A stretch of 64,000 nucleotides of DNA, taken from positions 3,885 to 67,884 of the forward strand of contig JBJETY010000008.1 of assembly GCA_051883555.1 (NCBI GenBank), in the 5' to 3' direction. Origin of the DNA: Christensenellales bacterium (GTDB lineage Bacteria; Bacillota; Clostridia; Christensenellales; CAG-917). The translations under genes were made by a program, and so were the position numbers. Below, piece by piece: positions 53,919 through 63,925 of the stretch (position 1 is its first letter; every line of letters starts with the position of its first letter). The notes under the pieces are model-generated. The model made no database searches and was not told the DNA's origin. It worked only from the letters and a program-made list of their open reading frames with translations.

Positions 53919-54428
53919 ATGGCAAAGCGTGAAGAAAGAACAAACAGAGAACAAAATGACGGTATCTCCAAAAAACTCATTGCTCTTAACCGTGTTACCA
54001 AAGTTGTAAAAGGCGGTAGAACGATGCGTTTCAGCGCTCTTGTTGTAGTCGGCGATGAAAAAGGTTCGGTCGGACTCGGAATGGGTAAGGCTGCAGAAGT
54101 TCCTGAAGCTATCGAAAAAGCAACTCAAAATGCAAAGCGTGCTATGAAGCCGATTGCTCTTAAAGATACAACGATTCCTCATGAAATAATCGGAAAATTC
54201 GGCAGAGGTCAAGTAAGACTTCTTCCTGCTGAACCGGGTACCGGTGTTATCGCCGGCGGTCCTGTTCGTGCGGTATTGGAAGTTACAGGTATCAAAGACA
54301 TCAGAACAAAGTCTCTCGGTTCAAACAATCCGATTAACTGTGCTAAGGCAACGATCGAAGGTCTTTTGGGACTCAGAGATGCAAAACAAGTTGCGGCTCT
54401 CCGCGGTATACCTGTAGAGGAAATCTAA
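53919..54428 (+). CDS. rpsE: 30S ribosomal protein S5
   Basis: ...[27 protein letters not shown] hallmark. Confidence 0.98.
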   Translation: MAKREERTNREQNDGISKKLIALNRVTKVVKGGRTMRFSALVVVGDEKGSVGLGMGKAAEVPEAIEKATQNAKRAMKPIALKDTTIPHEIIGKFGRGQVRLLPAEPGTGVIAGGPVRAVLEVTGIKDIRTKSLGSNNPINCAKATIEGLLGLRDAKQVAALRGIPVEEI

Positions 54429-54437
54429 GGAGGAATT

Positions 54438-54632
54438 ATGGCAACGAAAAAAGTTAAACAAATTAAAGTAACTCTTGTTAAAAGCACAATCGGTTGCGTA
54501 AAGAATCAAAAAGCTAACGTTGAAGCTTTGGGACTCGGTAAAGTCGGAAGTTCGAGAATTCACAACGACGACGCTGTAACAAGAGGAATGATAGGCAAAG
54601 TTTCTCACCTTGTTAAGGTTGAGGAAATCTAA
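54438..54632 (+). CDS. rpmD: 50S ribosomal protein L30
   Basis: 64 aa, [24 protein letters not shown] hallmark. Confidence 0.96.
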   Translation: MATKKVKQIKVTLVKSTIGCVKNQKANVEALGLGKVGSSRIHNDDAVTRGMIGKVSHLVKVEEI

Positions 54633-54643
54633 GGAGGGCAAGA

Positions 54644-55090
54644 ATGTATATTCAAGAATTAAAAGGCGCAGAAGGCGCAACTAAAGCCCCTAAAAGAGTT
54701 GGACGCGGTATCGGTAGCGGAACCGGCAAGACTTCTACCCGTGGTCACAAAGGTCAATGGGCAAGAAGCGGTGGCGGTGTTCGTCCTAACTTCGAAGGCG
54801 GTCAAATGCCTCTTACCAGAAGAATTCCGAAACGCGGTTTCAATAATAAGAGATTCGCTCATGAATATAGCGTTATAAACATCAGCGCATTGAACGTTTT
54901 TGAAAACGGAACGGTCGTCAATGCAGAAACGCTTGTTTCAAAGGGCATTATCGGAAGTATCGCTCCTTACGGACTTAAAGTTATGGGCGACGGCAAGCTT
55001 GAAAAGAAATTAACCGTTCAAGCTGCTAAATTCACTAAAACCGCAAAGGAAGCTATTGAAAAAGCAGGCGGCAGTGTAGAGGTATTATAA
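54644..55090 (+). CDS. rplO: 50S ribosomal protein L15
   Basis: ...[40 protein letters not shown] hallmark. Confidence 0.98.
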   Translation: MYIQELKGAEGATKAPKRVGRGIGSGTGKTSTRGHKGQWARSGGGVRPNFEGGQMPLTRRIPKRGFNNKRFAHEYSVINISALNVFENGTVVNAETLVSKGIIGSIAPYGLKVMGDGKLEKKLTVQAAKFTKTAKEAIEKAGGSVEVL

Positions 55091-56403
55091 TGTTTGAAAC
55101 ATTAAAGAACGCATTCAAGACTAAGGAAATCAGGGTTAAAATCTTTTTAACCTTGGCTCTCCTTTTAGTTTACAGGATAGGTTGTTATATTCCGTTGCCG
55201 GGTATTCAGGCCGATAAAATCGAAGCCGCAATTCTCGGTACAAGTGCAGGAGGAGATTTCCTCAGCATTTTGTCTACGATGACCGGTGGTTCTATGCAAA
55301 ACGGTACGCTTTTTGCATTAGGTATTCTTCCGTTCATCAATGCGTTCATTATAATGCAGCTTTTAACGCTCGCAATTCCTAAACTTGAAAAGCTTTCTAA
55401 AGAAGGCGAACTCGGAAGGAAAAAATTAACGCAAATCACAAGATACTTTGCTATCGTATTGGCTATCGTTCAGGCAATCGGTATCATTTTCACTTGGAAA
55501 TCATACGACGCTATCGAACCGCTTTTCGGTAACAGTCAGGCAAGTCTTGTCATGACTATGATATGTATAGTCGTCCTTCTTGTCGGCGGCTCGACAATGG
55601 TAATGTGGCTCGGCGAAAGAATGACCGAATACGGAATCGGAAACGGAACTTCGCTTATAATCTTTGTAGGTATCTTGTCTTCGTTCGGCGTTACGCTTGC
55701 TAAGTCTTTCAAGATGGTAGGCGAACAATGGACGTACATCTGGAATATTATCGGTTTCCTTATTATTGTTTTCCTTATATTCCTTTTTATCGTATTCACC
55801 GACTTGTCGGAAAGACGCGTTACGGTTCAATACGCTAAACAGATTAAAGGAAACAAAATGTATGGCGGAAGGTCAACGCATATTCCTATCAGGGTAAACA
55901 GCGGCGGCGTTATGCCAATCATCTTTGCTTCATCAATTTGTATGTTCCCACAGATGATTATGAGTTTCTGGCCTACAAGCGACGCTTACATTTGGTATTC
56001 AACGCATATGGGTAGCGGTACGTGGCCTTACTACGTATTCCTTGCCTTATTCATTATATTCTTCAGCTATTTCTATTCGATGATACAATTCAATCCGGAT
56101 GAAATCGCAAAGAATATTCAGCAATCGGGCGGACTTATAATGGGTATAAGAGCAGGTAAACCTACGGCTGACTATTTGAGAAGAGTTAACAATCGTATAG
56201 TTTTAGTAGGTGCGTTATTCCTTGCTATACTTGCTTTGGTACCTACGTTCATATTCCAGGCATTGTCCGACAACGGTGCATTGGGATTCGGCAGCGCATT
56301 CTCCGCAACCGGATTACTTATCGTCGTATCGGTAGCTCTTGAATTGAACAAGCAGTTGGAATCGCAGATAATGATGCGTCATTATAAAGGTTTCTTAAAA
56401 TAA
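55090..56403 (+). CDS. secY: Preprotein translocase subunit SecY
   Basis: 437 aa, 10-TM profile, ...RIFLTLALLLVYRIGCYIPLPGI... TAATG overlap with rplO. Confidence 0.98.
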   Translation: MFETLKNAFKTKEIRVKIFLTLALLLVYRIGCYIPLPGIQADKIEAAILGTSAGGDFLSILSTMTGGSMQNGTLFALGILPFINAFIIMQLLTLAIPKLEKLSKEGELGRKKLTQITRYFAIVLAIVQAIGIIFTWKSYDAIEPLFGNSQASLVMTMICIVVLLVGGSTMVMWLGERMTEYGIGNGTSLIIFVGILSSFGVTLAKSFKMVGEQWTYIWNIIGFLIIVFLIFLFIVFTDLSERRVTVQYAKQIKGNKMYGGRSTHIPIRVNSGGVMPIIFASSICMFPQMIMSFWPTSDAYIWYSTHMGSGTWPYYVFLALFIIFFSYFYSMIQFNPDEIAKNIQQSGGLIMGIRAGKPTADYLRRVNNRIVLVGALFLAILALVPTFIFQALSDNGALGFGSAFSATGLLIVVSVALELNKQLESQIMMRHYKGFLK

Positions 56404-56420
56404 ACCACAACTTTCAATAA

Positions 56421-56443
56421 GGCATCGCAATTTTTGCGATGCC
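56421..56443 (+). other. Intercistronic stem-loop between secY and adk
   Basis: GGCATCGCAA-TTT-TTGCGATGCC (10-bp stem) with no U-run after it. Confidence 0.45.
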
Positions 56444-56458
56444 GAAAGAGAGGTAAAA

Positions 56459-57079
56459 ATGAAAAACATAGTTTTACTCGGTGCACCGGGTGCCGGAAAA
56501 GGTACTCAGGCTGCACTTATCGCCAAAGAATACAACGTTCCTCACATTTCTACGGGTGACATTCTTCGTAGAAATATTAAAGAGGCAACCGAACTCGGCA
56601 AACTTGCTAAATCTTATATCGACAAAGGCGCTTTAGTCCCTGACGAAGTAGTTATCGATATAGTCAAAGACAGACTTACGGAGTCGGACGCTCAGAACGG
56701 ATATATCCTTGACGGCTTTCCAAGAACTATAGCTCAGGCCGAAGCTCTGAAAAAAGTCGCGAGAATCGATATCGCTCTTAACATTGTCGTTCCGTTTGAA
56801 ACGATAATAGAAAGATTGTCGGGCAGAAGAGTTTGTATTTGCGGAGAGACGTCACACGTAAACGTGTTGAAGGGTAGCGACGTTTGCCCTAAATGCGGAC
56901 AGAAGATGTTTATTCGTGACGACGATAAACCGGAGACGGTAAAAGCAAGACTTGACGTTTACGAAAAGCAGACCGCACCTTTGATCGGTTTTTATAAAAA
57001 TGAAGGAGTGCTTGTCGATATTGACGCCACAACGGTGGAAGCCACGTTCGACGCAGTTAAAGAGGCGCTTAATAAATGA
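56459..57079 (+). CDS. adk: Adenylate kinase (Cys-containing lid)
   Basis: MKNIVLLGAPGAGKGTQA P-loop. The lid cysteines are VCICGE...CPKCG. Confidence 0.97.
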   Translation: MKNIVLLGAPGAGKGTQAALIAKEYNVPHISTGDILRRNIKEATELGKLAKSYIDKGALVPDEVVIDIVKDRLTESDAQNGYILDGFPRTIAQAEALKKVARIDIALNIVVPFETIIERLSGRRVCICGETSHVNVLKGSDVCPKCGQKMFIRDDDKPETVKARLDVYEKQTAPLIGFYKNEGVLVDIDATTVEATFDAVKEALNK

Positions 57080-57819
57080 TTTATTTAAAAACACCGTTTG
57101 AAATCGAAAAGATGAAAAAAGCGGGAAAAGTCGTAGGGGACCTGTTGAAATTTCTCGAAGAGAAGATTCAGGCGGGCATGACGACAAAGCAGCTTGATAC
57201 GCTGGCGGAAAATTTTATCAGACGGCATAACGCCGTTCCGTCCTTTTTAAATTACGGCGGATATCCCGCATCGATTTGTTGCTCGATAGACGATGAAGTC
57301 GTACACGGTATTCCGGGCGACAGAATAATAGAAGAAGGGCAGCTGGTAAGCGTTGACGTCGGGGCAATACTCGACGGCTGGCAGGGCGACGCGGCAAGAA
57401 CGTTTCTTGTCGGTAACGTCAGCGAAGAAAAAAGAAAACTCGTAAAAATTGCCGAAGAAAGTTTTTATAAAGGCATAGCCGAATTTAAAGTCGGCAACCG
57501 CCTTGGCGATATATCGCACGCAATACAAAGTCACGTTGAAGCTAACGGCTTTTCCGTTGTAAGAAGCCTGGTTGGACACGGTATCGGCAAAGATATGCAT
57601 GAAGACCCTAACGTTCCTAATTATGGAAGAGCGGGGAGCGGAATCGAACTGAAAGAAGGTTTGGTGCTGGCAATAGAACCGATGATTAACATCGGTACGT
57701 ATAAAGTCTACACTAAGCGTGACGGCTGGACAGTCGTAACATATGACGGTAAAGCGTCGGCACATTATGAAAACACCGTGGCATTAACGGAAAACGGCAC
57801 GGAAATATTGACGCTTTGA
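57076..57819 (+). CDS. map: Type I methionine aminopeptidase
   Basis: Metal-ligand blocks VSVDVGAILDGWQGDAART, GHGIG and LAIEPM. ATGA overlap with adk. Confidence 0.97.
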   Translation: MIYLKTPFEIEKMKKAGKVVGDLLKFLEEKIQAGMTTKQLDTLAENFIRRHNAVPSFLNYGGYPASICCSIDDEVVHGIPGDRIIEEGQLVSVDVGAILDGWQGDAARTFLVGNVSEEKRKLVKIAEESFYKGIAEFKVGNRLGDISHAIQSHVEANGFSVVRSLVGHGIGKDMHEDPNVPNYGRAGSGIELKEGLVLAIEPMINIGTYKVYTKRDGWTVVTYDGKASAHYENTVALTENGTEILTL

Positions 57820-57826
57820 GGTGCGT

Positions 57827-58096
57827 ATGGAGTTAGGACAAGTTGTTTATTCTAAACAAGGCCGTGACAGCGGACGCTACTATGCGGTTGTAGAAATCGT
57901 CGATAAAGATTATGTCAGAATCGCCGACGGAAAGCTGAGACGTATAAAATCGCCTAAACTTAAAAAAATCAAGCATCTCAAAACAAAGGGAGAAACGCTT
58001 GATAAAATAAGCGAAAAACTGAAACAAAACGCGCAAGTTTTCGATACGGAACTTCGCAGTGCATTAAGACCGTTTAACGAAGAAACGGACAGTTAA
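57827..58096 (+). CDS. KOW-domain RNA-binding protein (the map-infA intergenic gene typical of Clostridia)
   Basis: MELGQVVYSKQGRDSGRYYAVVEIVDKDYVRIADGKLRRIKSPKLKKIKHL. GAGGTG SD upstream. Confidence 0.8.
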   Translation: MELGQVVYSKQGRDSGRYYAVVEIVDKDYVRIADGKLRRIKSPKLKKIKHLKTKGETLDKISEKLKQNAQVFDTELRSALRPFNEETDS

Positions 58097-58111
58097 AAAA
58101 TTGGAGGTTGT

Positions 58112-58333
58112 ATGTCTAAAGGAGACGTCATCGAAGCAGAAGGCAAGGTTATTGAAGTTTTGCCTCAAACGAAATTCAAGGTAGAACTTACAAACGGCCA
58201 CGTTATCGTAGCTTATCTATCCGGAAAGCTCAGACAACACAATATACGAGTTTTAGAGGGTGACAAAGTCACCGTCGAGCTTAGCCCTTATGACCTTACT
58301 AAAGGCAGGGTTATGTGGAGATTTAAAAATTAA
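58112..58333 (+). CDS. infA: Translation initiation factor IF-1
   Basis: [41 protein letters not shown]... hallmark. Confidence 0.98.
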   Translation: MSKGDVIEAEGKVIEVLPQTKFKVELTNGHVIVAYLSGKLRQHNIRVLEGDKVTVELSPYDLTKGRVMWRFKN

Positions 58334-58353
58334 TTAGGTCGGAGGAAAGAATA

Positions 58354-58470
58354 ATGAAAGTAAGACCATCGGTAAAACCAATGTGTGACAAGTGCAAAGT
58401 TATCAAGCGTAACGGAAGAGTTATGGTTATTTGCTCAAAGTATAAAAACCATAAGCAACGTCAAGGCTGA
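58354..58470 (+). CDS. rpmJ: 50S ribosomal protein L36; below the ORF-track size cutoff
   Basis: My own translation is [46 protein letters not shown] upstream. Confidence 0.95.
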   Translation: MKVRPSVKPMCDKCKVIKRNGRVMVICSKYKNHKQRQG

Positions 58471-58567
58471 TTAGTAAATATTCCAAAGCGGCTGCCTGCA
58501 ACATTCCGTTTTTTTTGCAGGACTTTGGTTGTTCAGATAGATTTTTTTAAATTTTTGGAGGTAGAAA

Positions 58568-58936
58568 ATGGCAAGAATCGCCGGCGTGGAATTACCACGT
58601 GAGAAAAGAGTTGAAATCGGACTTACATACATTTTCGGTATCGGTCGTCCGACAGCCAACAAAATTTTAAGCGAAACAGGCATCAGTCCGGACGTCCGTG
58701 TTAAGGACTTGGACGAAAATCAAGTCAGCTTGCTTCGTGACTACATTGAAAAGCAACTTACTGTCGAAGGTGACTTAAAAAGAGAAATCGACACAAACAT
58801 TAAAGAACTTAAAGAAATCGGCTCATACAGAGGTATCCGTCACAGAAAGGGACTTCCTGTAAGAGGTCAGAGTACAAAACAGAATGCGCGCACGAGAAAA
58901 GGTCCGAAAAAGACTGTTAGCCGCAAGAAGAAATAA
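58568..58936 (+). CDS. rpsM: 30S ribosomal protein S13
   Basis: [26 protein letters not shown] hallmark. Confidence 0.98.
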   Translation: MARIAGVELPREKRVEIGLTYIFGIGRPTANKILSETGISPDVRVKDLDENQVSLLRDYIEKQLTVEGDLKREIDTNIKELKEIGSYRGIRHRKGLPVRGQSTKQNARTRKGPKKTVSRKKK

Positions 58937-58947
58937 GGAGCGATGAC

Positions 58948-59334
58948 ATGGCTGGAAAAAATGTAAAGAAAAGAGCATCAGGCAAAACTGCGGAAAAAGG
59001 TCAAGCACATATTCATGCTTCCTTCAATAACACCATCGTTACCATAACGGATATGAACGGAAACGCAGTTTCATGGTCAAGCGCAGGCAAGCTTAAGCTC
59101 AGAGGTTCAAGAAAATCAACCCCGTTTGCAGCTCAAGTTGTTGCCGAAGACGCTGCTAAAATAGCATACGAACAAGGTATGAGAGTAGTTGAAGTTTACG
59201 TCAAAGGACCGGGCGCAGGAAGAGAATCTGCAATCAGAGCGCTCGCAAACGTCGGACTCGAAGTATCTTTGATTAAGGACGTTTCACCGATTCCTCACAA
59301 CGGTTGCCGTCCGCCAAAGCCTAGAAGACTGTAA
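58948..59334 (+). CDS. rpsK: 30S ribosomal protein S11
   Basis: ...[30 protein letters not shown] hallmark. Confidence 0.98.
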   Translation: MAGKNVKKRASGKTAEKGQAHIHASFNNTIVTITDMNGNAVSWSSAGKLKLRGSRKSTPFAAQVVAEDAAKIAYEQGMRVVEVYVKGPGAGRESAIRALANVGLEVSLIKDVSPIPHNGCRPPKPRRL

Positions 59335-59348
59335 GGAGGTAATTGATA

Positions 59349-59972
59349 ATGGCTAAATATACAGGTGCAGATTGCCGTTTGTGCAGACGCGAAGGCTGCA
59401 AACTTTATTTGAAAGGCGACAAATGTAACTCTCCGAAGTGTACGTTTGATAAGAAACAAACCCCTCCAGGTATTCACGGTCAAGGCAGAAAGAAACCGTC
59501 GGGATATTCGGTTCAGCTTCGTGAAAAGCAAAAGACTAAGAGATTTTACGGTCTCAGCGAAAAGCAACTTTCTATGTATTACGAAAAGGCTGCATCGCTC
59601 AGAGGTATCACCGGTGAAAATCTTCTTATATTGATTGAAAGAAGACTTGACAACGTAGTTTACCGTATGGGCTTTGCCGCATCGAGAGATATGGCAAGAC
59701 AACTTGTCAACCACGGTCATTTTACCGTAAACGGCAAGAACGTAGATATTCCATCGATTTTGATTAAGGCCGGCGACGTAATCGCTGTCAGAGAGACGAA
59801 AAAAGAAAAAGAACTTTGGAAATCGGCAAAAGAAATTAAAAACCCAAGCGTTCCTAAGTGGCTTGAATATGACAACACAACTTTGACAGGAAAGGTTCTT
59901 GCTCTTCCTGAAAGAGCAGATATCGACCTCGACGTCAAAGAGCACTTAATCGTTGAGTTGTACTCCAAATAA
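59349..59972 (+). CDS. rpsD: 30S ribosomal protein S4
   Basis: [26 protein letters not shown] start. AAGGAGG SD upstream. Confidence 0.98.
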   Translation: MAKYTGADCRLCRREGCKLYLKGDKCNSPKCTFDKKQTPPGIHGQGRKKPSGYSVQLREKQKTKRFYGLSEKQLSMYYEKAASLRGITGENLLILIERRLDNVVYRMGFAASRDMARQLVNHGHFTVNGKNVDIPSILIKAGDVIAVRETKKEKELWKSAKEIKNPSVPKWLEYDNTTLTGKVLALPERADIDLDVKEHLIVELYSK

Positions 59973-59994
59973 TAAGTAATTCAGGAGGCTTAAT

Positions 59995-60948
59995 ATGATG
60001 GAAATCAAAAAACCTAAGATTATTTGTGAAGAGAATGAAAGCAAAAATTTTGCTAAGTTTGTCGTCGAACCTCTTGAAAGAGGCTTTGGCACAACGCTCG
60101 GAAATTGCCTTAGGAGAATATTATTGTCATCACTTCCGGGTGCAGCTGCCGTCGGTATTAAAATCGAAGGCGTTGACCATGAATTTGCTACAATAAAAGG
60201 CGTTAAAGAAGACGTCACGGATATCATTTTAAATATCAAAGGTTTACGCCTTAAAATCAACGGCACGGACAGGGCTGGAAAAATCGAGTTGACTTTAAGA
60301 AAGAATACTCCTGGCGTTGTTAAGGCCGGCGATATCGACGTTCCTGGTGACGTTGAAATTATGAATCCTGATATGTACATTTGCACAATCGACGAAGGCG
60401 GCGCAATTATGATGTCAATTTTCGTCGATAGCGGCAGAGGTTACGTTCCTGCAACAAAGAATAAGGATTCGAGAGCCGCAATCGGATATATTCCGATCGA
60501 TTCAATTTATACGCCTGTTTTGAAAGTCAATTATACTGTTGAAAGCACTCGTGTCGAACACAGTATTGACTTCGATAAACTCACAATCGAGGTAGAAACA
60601 GACGGAACAACGTCTGCAAAAGAAATCATTTCTCTTGCAGCAAAAATTATGAACGACCATCTTAAACTTTTTGTCGAACTTGTCGAATCTATGAGCGATT
60701 ACGAAATTTTGGTTTCGCAAGGCGACGATAAGCAACAAAAAGTTTTGGAAATGTCAGTTGAAGATTTAGACCTTTCCGTACGTTCTTATAACTGTCTTAA
60801 ACGTGCCGGTATTCACACTGTAGAAGACCTTACTAAACGTTCAGAGGACGATATGTTGAAAGTCAGAAATCTTGGTAGAAAGTCGCTCGAAGAGGTCATC
60901 AAGAAGTTGGAAGACTTAGGACTTGGACTCAGAGCTCAAGAAGATTAG
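59995..60948 (+). CDS. rpoA: DNA-directed RNA polymerase alpha subunit
   Basis: ...FVVEPLERGFGTTLGNCLRRILLSSLPGAA... and C-terminal domain LDLSVRSYNCLKRAGI. Confidence 0.98.
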   Translation: MMEIKKPKIICEENESKNFAKFVVEPLERGFGTTLGNCLRRILLSSLPGAAAVGIKIEGVDHEFATIKGVKEDVTDIILNIKGLRLKINGTDRAGKIELTLRKNTPGVVKAGDIDVPGDVEIMNPDMYICTIDEGGAIMMSIFVDSGRGYVPATKNKDSRAAIGYIPIDSIYTPVLKVNYTVESTRVEHSIDFDKLTIEVETDGTTSAKEIISLAAKIMNDHLKLFVELVESMSDYEILVSQGDDKQQKVLEMSVEDLDLSVRSYNCLKRAGIHTVEDLTKRSEDDMLKVRNLGRKSLEEVIKKLEDLGLGLRAQED

Positions 60949-60958
60949 GAGGTAAGAT

Positions 60959-61465
60959 ATGCCAAAGAAATTAGGTAAAAGATCTGACCAAAGAATGGCT
61001 TTGCTTAAGAATCAAGTCTCAGAGCTTCTATGGTATGGACAAATCGAAACAACAGTTGACCGTGCAAAATCAGTTAAATCTATTGCTGAAAAACTTATTA
61101 CCGTTGCCGTCAACAGTTATGAAGATACGGTTAAAGTAACAAAACAAGTTAAAAACGCAAAAGGCGAAACAGTAAATCGCGAATTCACCAACGACGGACC
61201 TAAGAAACTTGCCGCTCGTCGTAAGCTTATGGCAAATCTCAGAGATTTGCAGGAAGTTAAGAACGAGAAAGAAAGCAAGGCTAACTTTAAAGCTCGTACT
61301 AAGGACATTAAGCATCCGCTTATTGAAAAGATGTTCAATGAATATGCTCCTAAATATGCTGCAAGAAAAGAAGAACTCGGTCAAGGTGGCGGATATACTC
61401 AAATGTTCAGACTTGGCGAAAGACGCGGCGACGCTGCAGAAATGTGCGTTTTGAAATTGATTTAA
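60959..61465 (+). CDS. rplQ: 50S ribosomal protein L17 (168 aa, with an internal insertion)
   Basis: KLGKRSDQRMALLKNQVSELLWYGQIETT at the N-terminus and GGGYTQMFRLGERRGDAAEM at the C-terminus. Confidence 0.96.
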   Translation: MPKKLGKRSDQRMALLKNQVSELLWYGQIETTVDRAKSVKSIAEKLITVAVNSYEDTVKVTKQVKNAKGETVNREFTNDGPKKLAARRKLMANLRDLQEVKNEKESKANFKARTKDIKHPLIEKMFNEYAPKYAARKEELGQGGGYTQMFRLGERRGDAAEMCVLKLI

Positions 61466-61516
61466 GTTTAGATTTAAGCTAATTTATTTTGTAAATCGAT
61501 TTAAAATCAACAATTA

Positions 61517-61546
61517 AAAGACCTACCGTTCGGTAGGTCTTTTTGC
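61517..61546 (+). terminator. Rho-independent terminator after rplQ
   Basis: Stem AAAGACCTACC / GGTAGGTCTTT with loop GTTC, then a T-run. Confidence 0.88.
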
Positions 61547-61710
61547 GCGTTTACGTTTTGCCGTAAATTGTCGTAGCTAAAAGCGGCATTAGCAGAGTAA
61601 CAAAAAATTTCTTTAAGAATTTCTTTTTTAATTGTTCATAGTATTTCGATAAAATATTCGTTTATTAAACAAAAAGAAATAAAATATTGCCGATTATTTT
61701 ATTAAAATAA

Positions 61711-61739
61711 TTGATTGATTTAATTTATTGTGTTAGAAT
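61711..61739 (+). promoter_or_regulatory. Sigma-A type promoter (extended -10) for the Dabb gene
   Basis: TTGATT (61711-61716), 17-nt spacer ending in TGT, TAGAAT (61734-61739). Confidence 0.6.
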
Positions 61740-61756
61740 CACCAAAAGGAGATTTT

Positions 61757-62047
61757 ATGATTAAACACGTAGTATGCTTTAAACTTAAAGATAAAACGGA
61801 AGAAAATATGCAGGATGCAATAAGCACGCTTCTTTCCATGAAAGGCAACGTGCCTACGGTGCGTGAAATCGAAGTACATAGAGATTTTTTAGAAAGCCCG
61901 AGAAGTTATGACATTATGCTCGAAGTTACGCTTGACGACAAGGATATGCTTGACGTATATCAAAACGACGCGTATCACTGTTCGGTAGTTAAAGAGCTTA
62001 TGCATAGAATTTCCGAGAAAAGCGTTTCAATCGATTATAAAATTTAA
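61757..62047 (+). CDS. Stress-responsive alpha/beta-barrel (Dabb) domain protein
   Basis: MIKHVVCFKLKDKT...GNVPTVREIEVHRDF...DVYQNDAYH is the Dabb pattern. AAGGAG SD upstream. Confidence 0.8.
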   Translation: MIKHVVCFKLKDKTEENMQDAISTLLSMKGNVPTVREIEVHRDFLESPRSYDIMLEVTLDDKDMLDVYQNDAYHCSVVKELMHRISEKSVSIDYKI

Positions 62048-62058
62048 GGAGACATAAA

Positions 62059-62328
62059 ATGGGAAAGAAAACCTCAACAAACAAATTGGCATTTTTCACT
62101 ATTTGCCTTATTGCAATTGTGTATCTTGTAGCAATGATTCTTCATTTGGTTGGAGTAAGCTCTCTTGCCGTAGTAATTCTTCAAAACGTCGCTGCGATAT
62201 TGCTTCTTGTAATTTGCGGAATATGCGGTTGGAATTACGTTGCCGGTAAGGCTACCGTATATAAAGTCTTGTACGTAGTCGTTATACTTGTGATAATCGT
62301 CGGAATTATTATTCCTATGTGCATTTAA
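62059..62328 (+). CDS. Small hypothetical membrane protein (about 3 TM segments)
   Basis: 89 aa, strongly hydrophobic. AAGGAG SD upstream, followed by a terminator. Confidence 0.6.
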   Translation: MGKKTSTNKLAFFTICLIAIVYLVAMILHLVGVSSLAVVILQNVAAILLLVICGICGWNYVAGKATVYKVLYVVVILVIIVGIIIPMCI

Positions 62329-62371
62329 CGGTATAAAACAAACTTAAAATTTATTTAAGATTAAATCCTTA

Positions 62372-62412
62372 AAGAAAATAGCGATACTTTAGTATCGCTA
62401 TTTTCTTTTTTT
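62372..62412 (+). terminator. Rho-independent terminator after the membrane-protein gene
   Basis: Stem GAAAATAGCGATAC / GTATCGCTATTTTC (14 bp), loop TTTA, then TTTTTTT. Confidence 0.9.
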
Positions 62413-62413
62413 A

Positions 62414-62510
62414 TAAACCGGTATGATTTGTATGCTCGTATGTTTAAACCGGTATGATTTGTATACTCGAATGTTTGTAAAACGGGGTGATTTATAAACT
62501 AGTATAATTT
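62414..62510. repeat. Three tandem ~31-33-bp direct repeats
   Basis: TAAACCGGTATGATTTGTATGCTCGTATGTT (62414), TAAACCGGTATGATTTGTATACTCGAATGTT (62445), and a degenerate third copy TAAAACGGGGTGATTTATAAACTAGTATAATTT (62478). Confidence 0.8.
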
Positions 62511-62704
62511 TGTAGTTCTAACGCTAGTTTTTAAATTGTCGATTTTGAAATTTTTATGTTATTTAAAACCTTTTTAAAATAATACGTAAATAATTAGCTT
62601 ATATATTATTTAAAAATGCAGGTATAAAATTCAAACCCGAAACGGCGCCGATTTGCAGAGCAACCTTTTACGGCAACGGCTGCTTATATGCATTTCTGCA
62701 CATA

Positions 62705-63007
62705 TTAAAATACAAAACCGAAACCGAAAACCGTAAGCGTGCATACGACGGCAACAACAGCCAGATTGACTTTAAAATAACTCATAATCAGTGCCAGCAC
62801 GGTTCCGATTGTTGCCGTCCATACGTTTCCTGTGGACGACAGAATTGCGGGGAACGTTAATGCGGAAAGTACGGCATAAGGCATGTAATATAAAAACGAC
62901 TTCAAGAAAACCGATTTCACTTTTTTTCTGCAAAACACCAGTGGCACCATTCTCGGTAGAAAGGAGGCAAGAGCCATAATAAGCACGCATAAAATCTGAT
63001 AAGTCAT
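62705..63007 (-). CDS. azlD: Branched-chain amino acid exporter small subunit AzlD
   Basis: 100-aa hydrophobic protein (...LASFLPRMVPLVF...) immediately downstream of azlC. Confidence 0.8.
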   Translation of the reverse strand: MTYQILCVLIMALASFLPRMVPLVFCRKKVKSVFLKSFLYYMPYAVLSALTFPAILSSTGNVWTATIGTVLALIMSYFKVNLAVVAVVCTLTVFGFGFVF

Positions 63008-63074
63008 AACGCATGCCTCCTTAAATCTTCTGATTTAAAATATGCACATATTTGCATATGACAAGTTAAACGTT

Positions 63075-63824
63075 TCATAATAGACCTCCGCTAGGGGGAA
63101 GCATATTGTCACTTTCCGTTTCTGCCGTTTCAGTCGATTGAATCGGAAAAAGTATTGCCGTTACGGCCGCGGCAAGACACGAAGCGATAATAACCGAAAA
63201 GCCCATAGAAAGCGAAGGTATGCCGAATTCGATGAGACAAGAAAAAATTGCTCCTAAAGATACGCAAAGCAAAATCGGTTTTGATTTTTTCGCAGGCGGT
63301 ATTATGATTGCTATAAACATGCAATAAAGAGCGATGCCCATTGCGTTTTGTAGCGCAAAAGGTAGAACGCTGTTTACAAGTCCGCCGAGCAACGTTCCTA
63401 TCGTCCAACCGAAATAAGGCGTTGTGGCAAGTCCCAAAAAATATAAAAAATTTAACTTATCCTTTGTCGTCGAGGCGACGGCGAATATTTCGTCGGTTAT
63501 AAAAAGACTCATAATAAGTCTCTTGCCGACTCCGACGTTGCTGTTTAATTGCTGAGAAAGGCTAAGGCTCATCAGCGAATAGCGGATGTTTATTACAAAA
63601 ATCGCCAAAGCGATTTCTATATAGCCTGCACATGCCGAAATAAGCTCGACTCCCGCAAATTGACCTGCCGAAGTAAGGTTGGTAGCCGAAATAAGCGTGG
63701 CGAGCCAAACGGGAAGTCCGCTTCTCGAAGCAACCAGTCCGAACGTAAACGACACGGCAATATATGCAAAACAAATCGGTAATCCTTGTTTTAAACCGTC
63801 GAAATAAGTCAGTCTTTTGTCCAT
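63075..63824 (-). CDS. azlC: Branched-chain amino acid exporter AzlC-family protein
   Basis: MDKRLTYFDGLKQGLPICFAYIAVSFTFGLVA... is the AzlC N-terminal pattern, and the protein is multi-TM. I call the ATG at 63824; the track ORF begins at an upstream TTG. Confidence 0.82.
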   Translation of the reverse strand: MDKRLTYFDGLKQGLPICFAYIAVSFTFGLVASRSGLPVWLATLISATNLTSAGQFAGVELISACAGYIEIALAIFVINIRYSLMSLSLSQQLNSNVGVGKRLIMSLFITDEIFAVASTTKDKLNFLYFLGLATTPYFGWTIGTLLGGLVNSVLPFALQNAMGIALYCMFIAIIIPPAKKSKPILLCVSLGAIFSCLIEFGIPSLSMGFSVIIASCLAAAVTAILFPIQSTETAETESDNMLPPSGGLL

Positions 63825-63925
63825 AGCGGTAATATAATAGCACAAAGGCGAATATTTTGTATGATTTTGTTTATGAATATTTAAAATGATTAACTATAGT
63901 TTATTCAAAATTAGTTTATATATAG

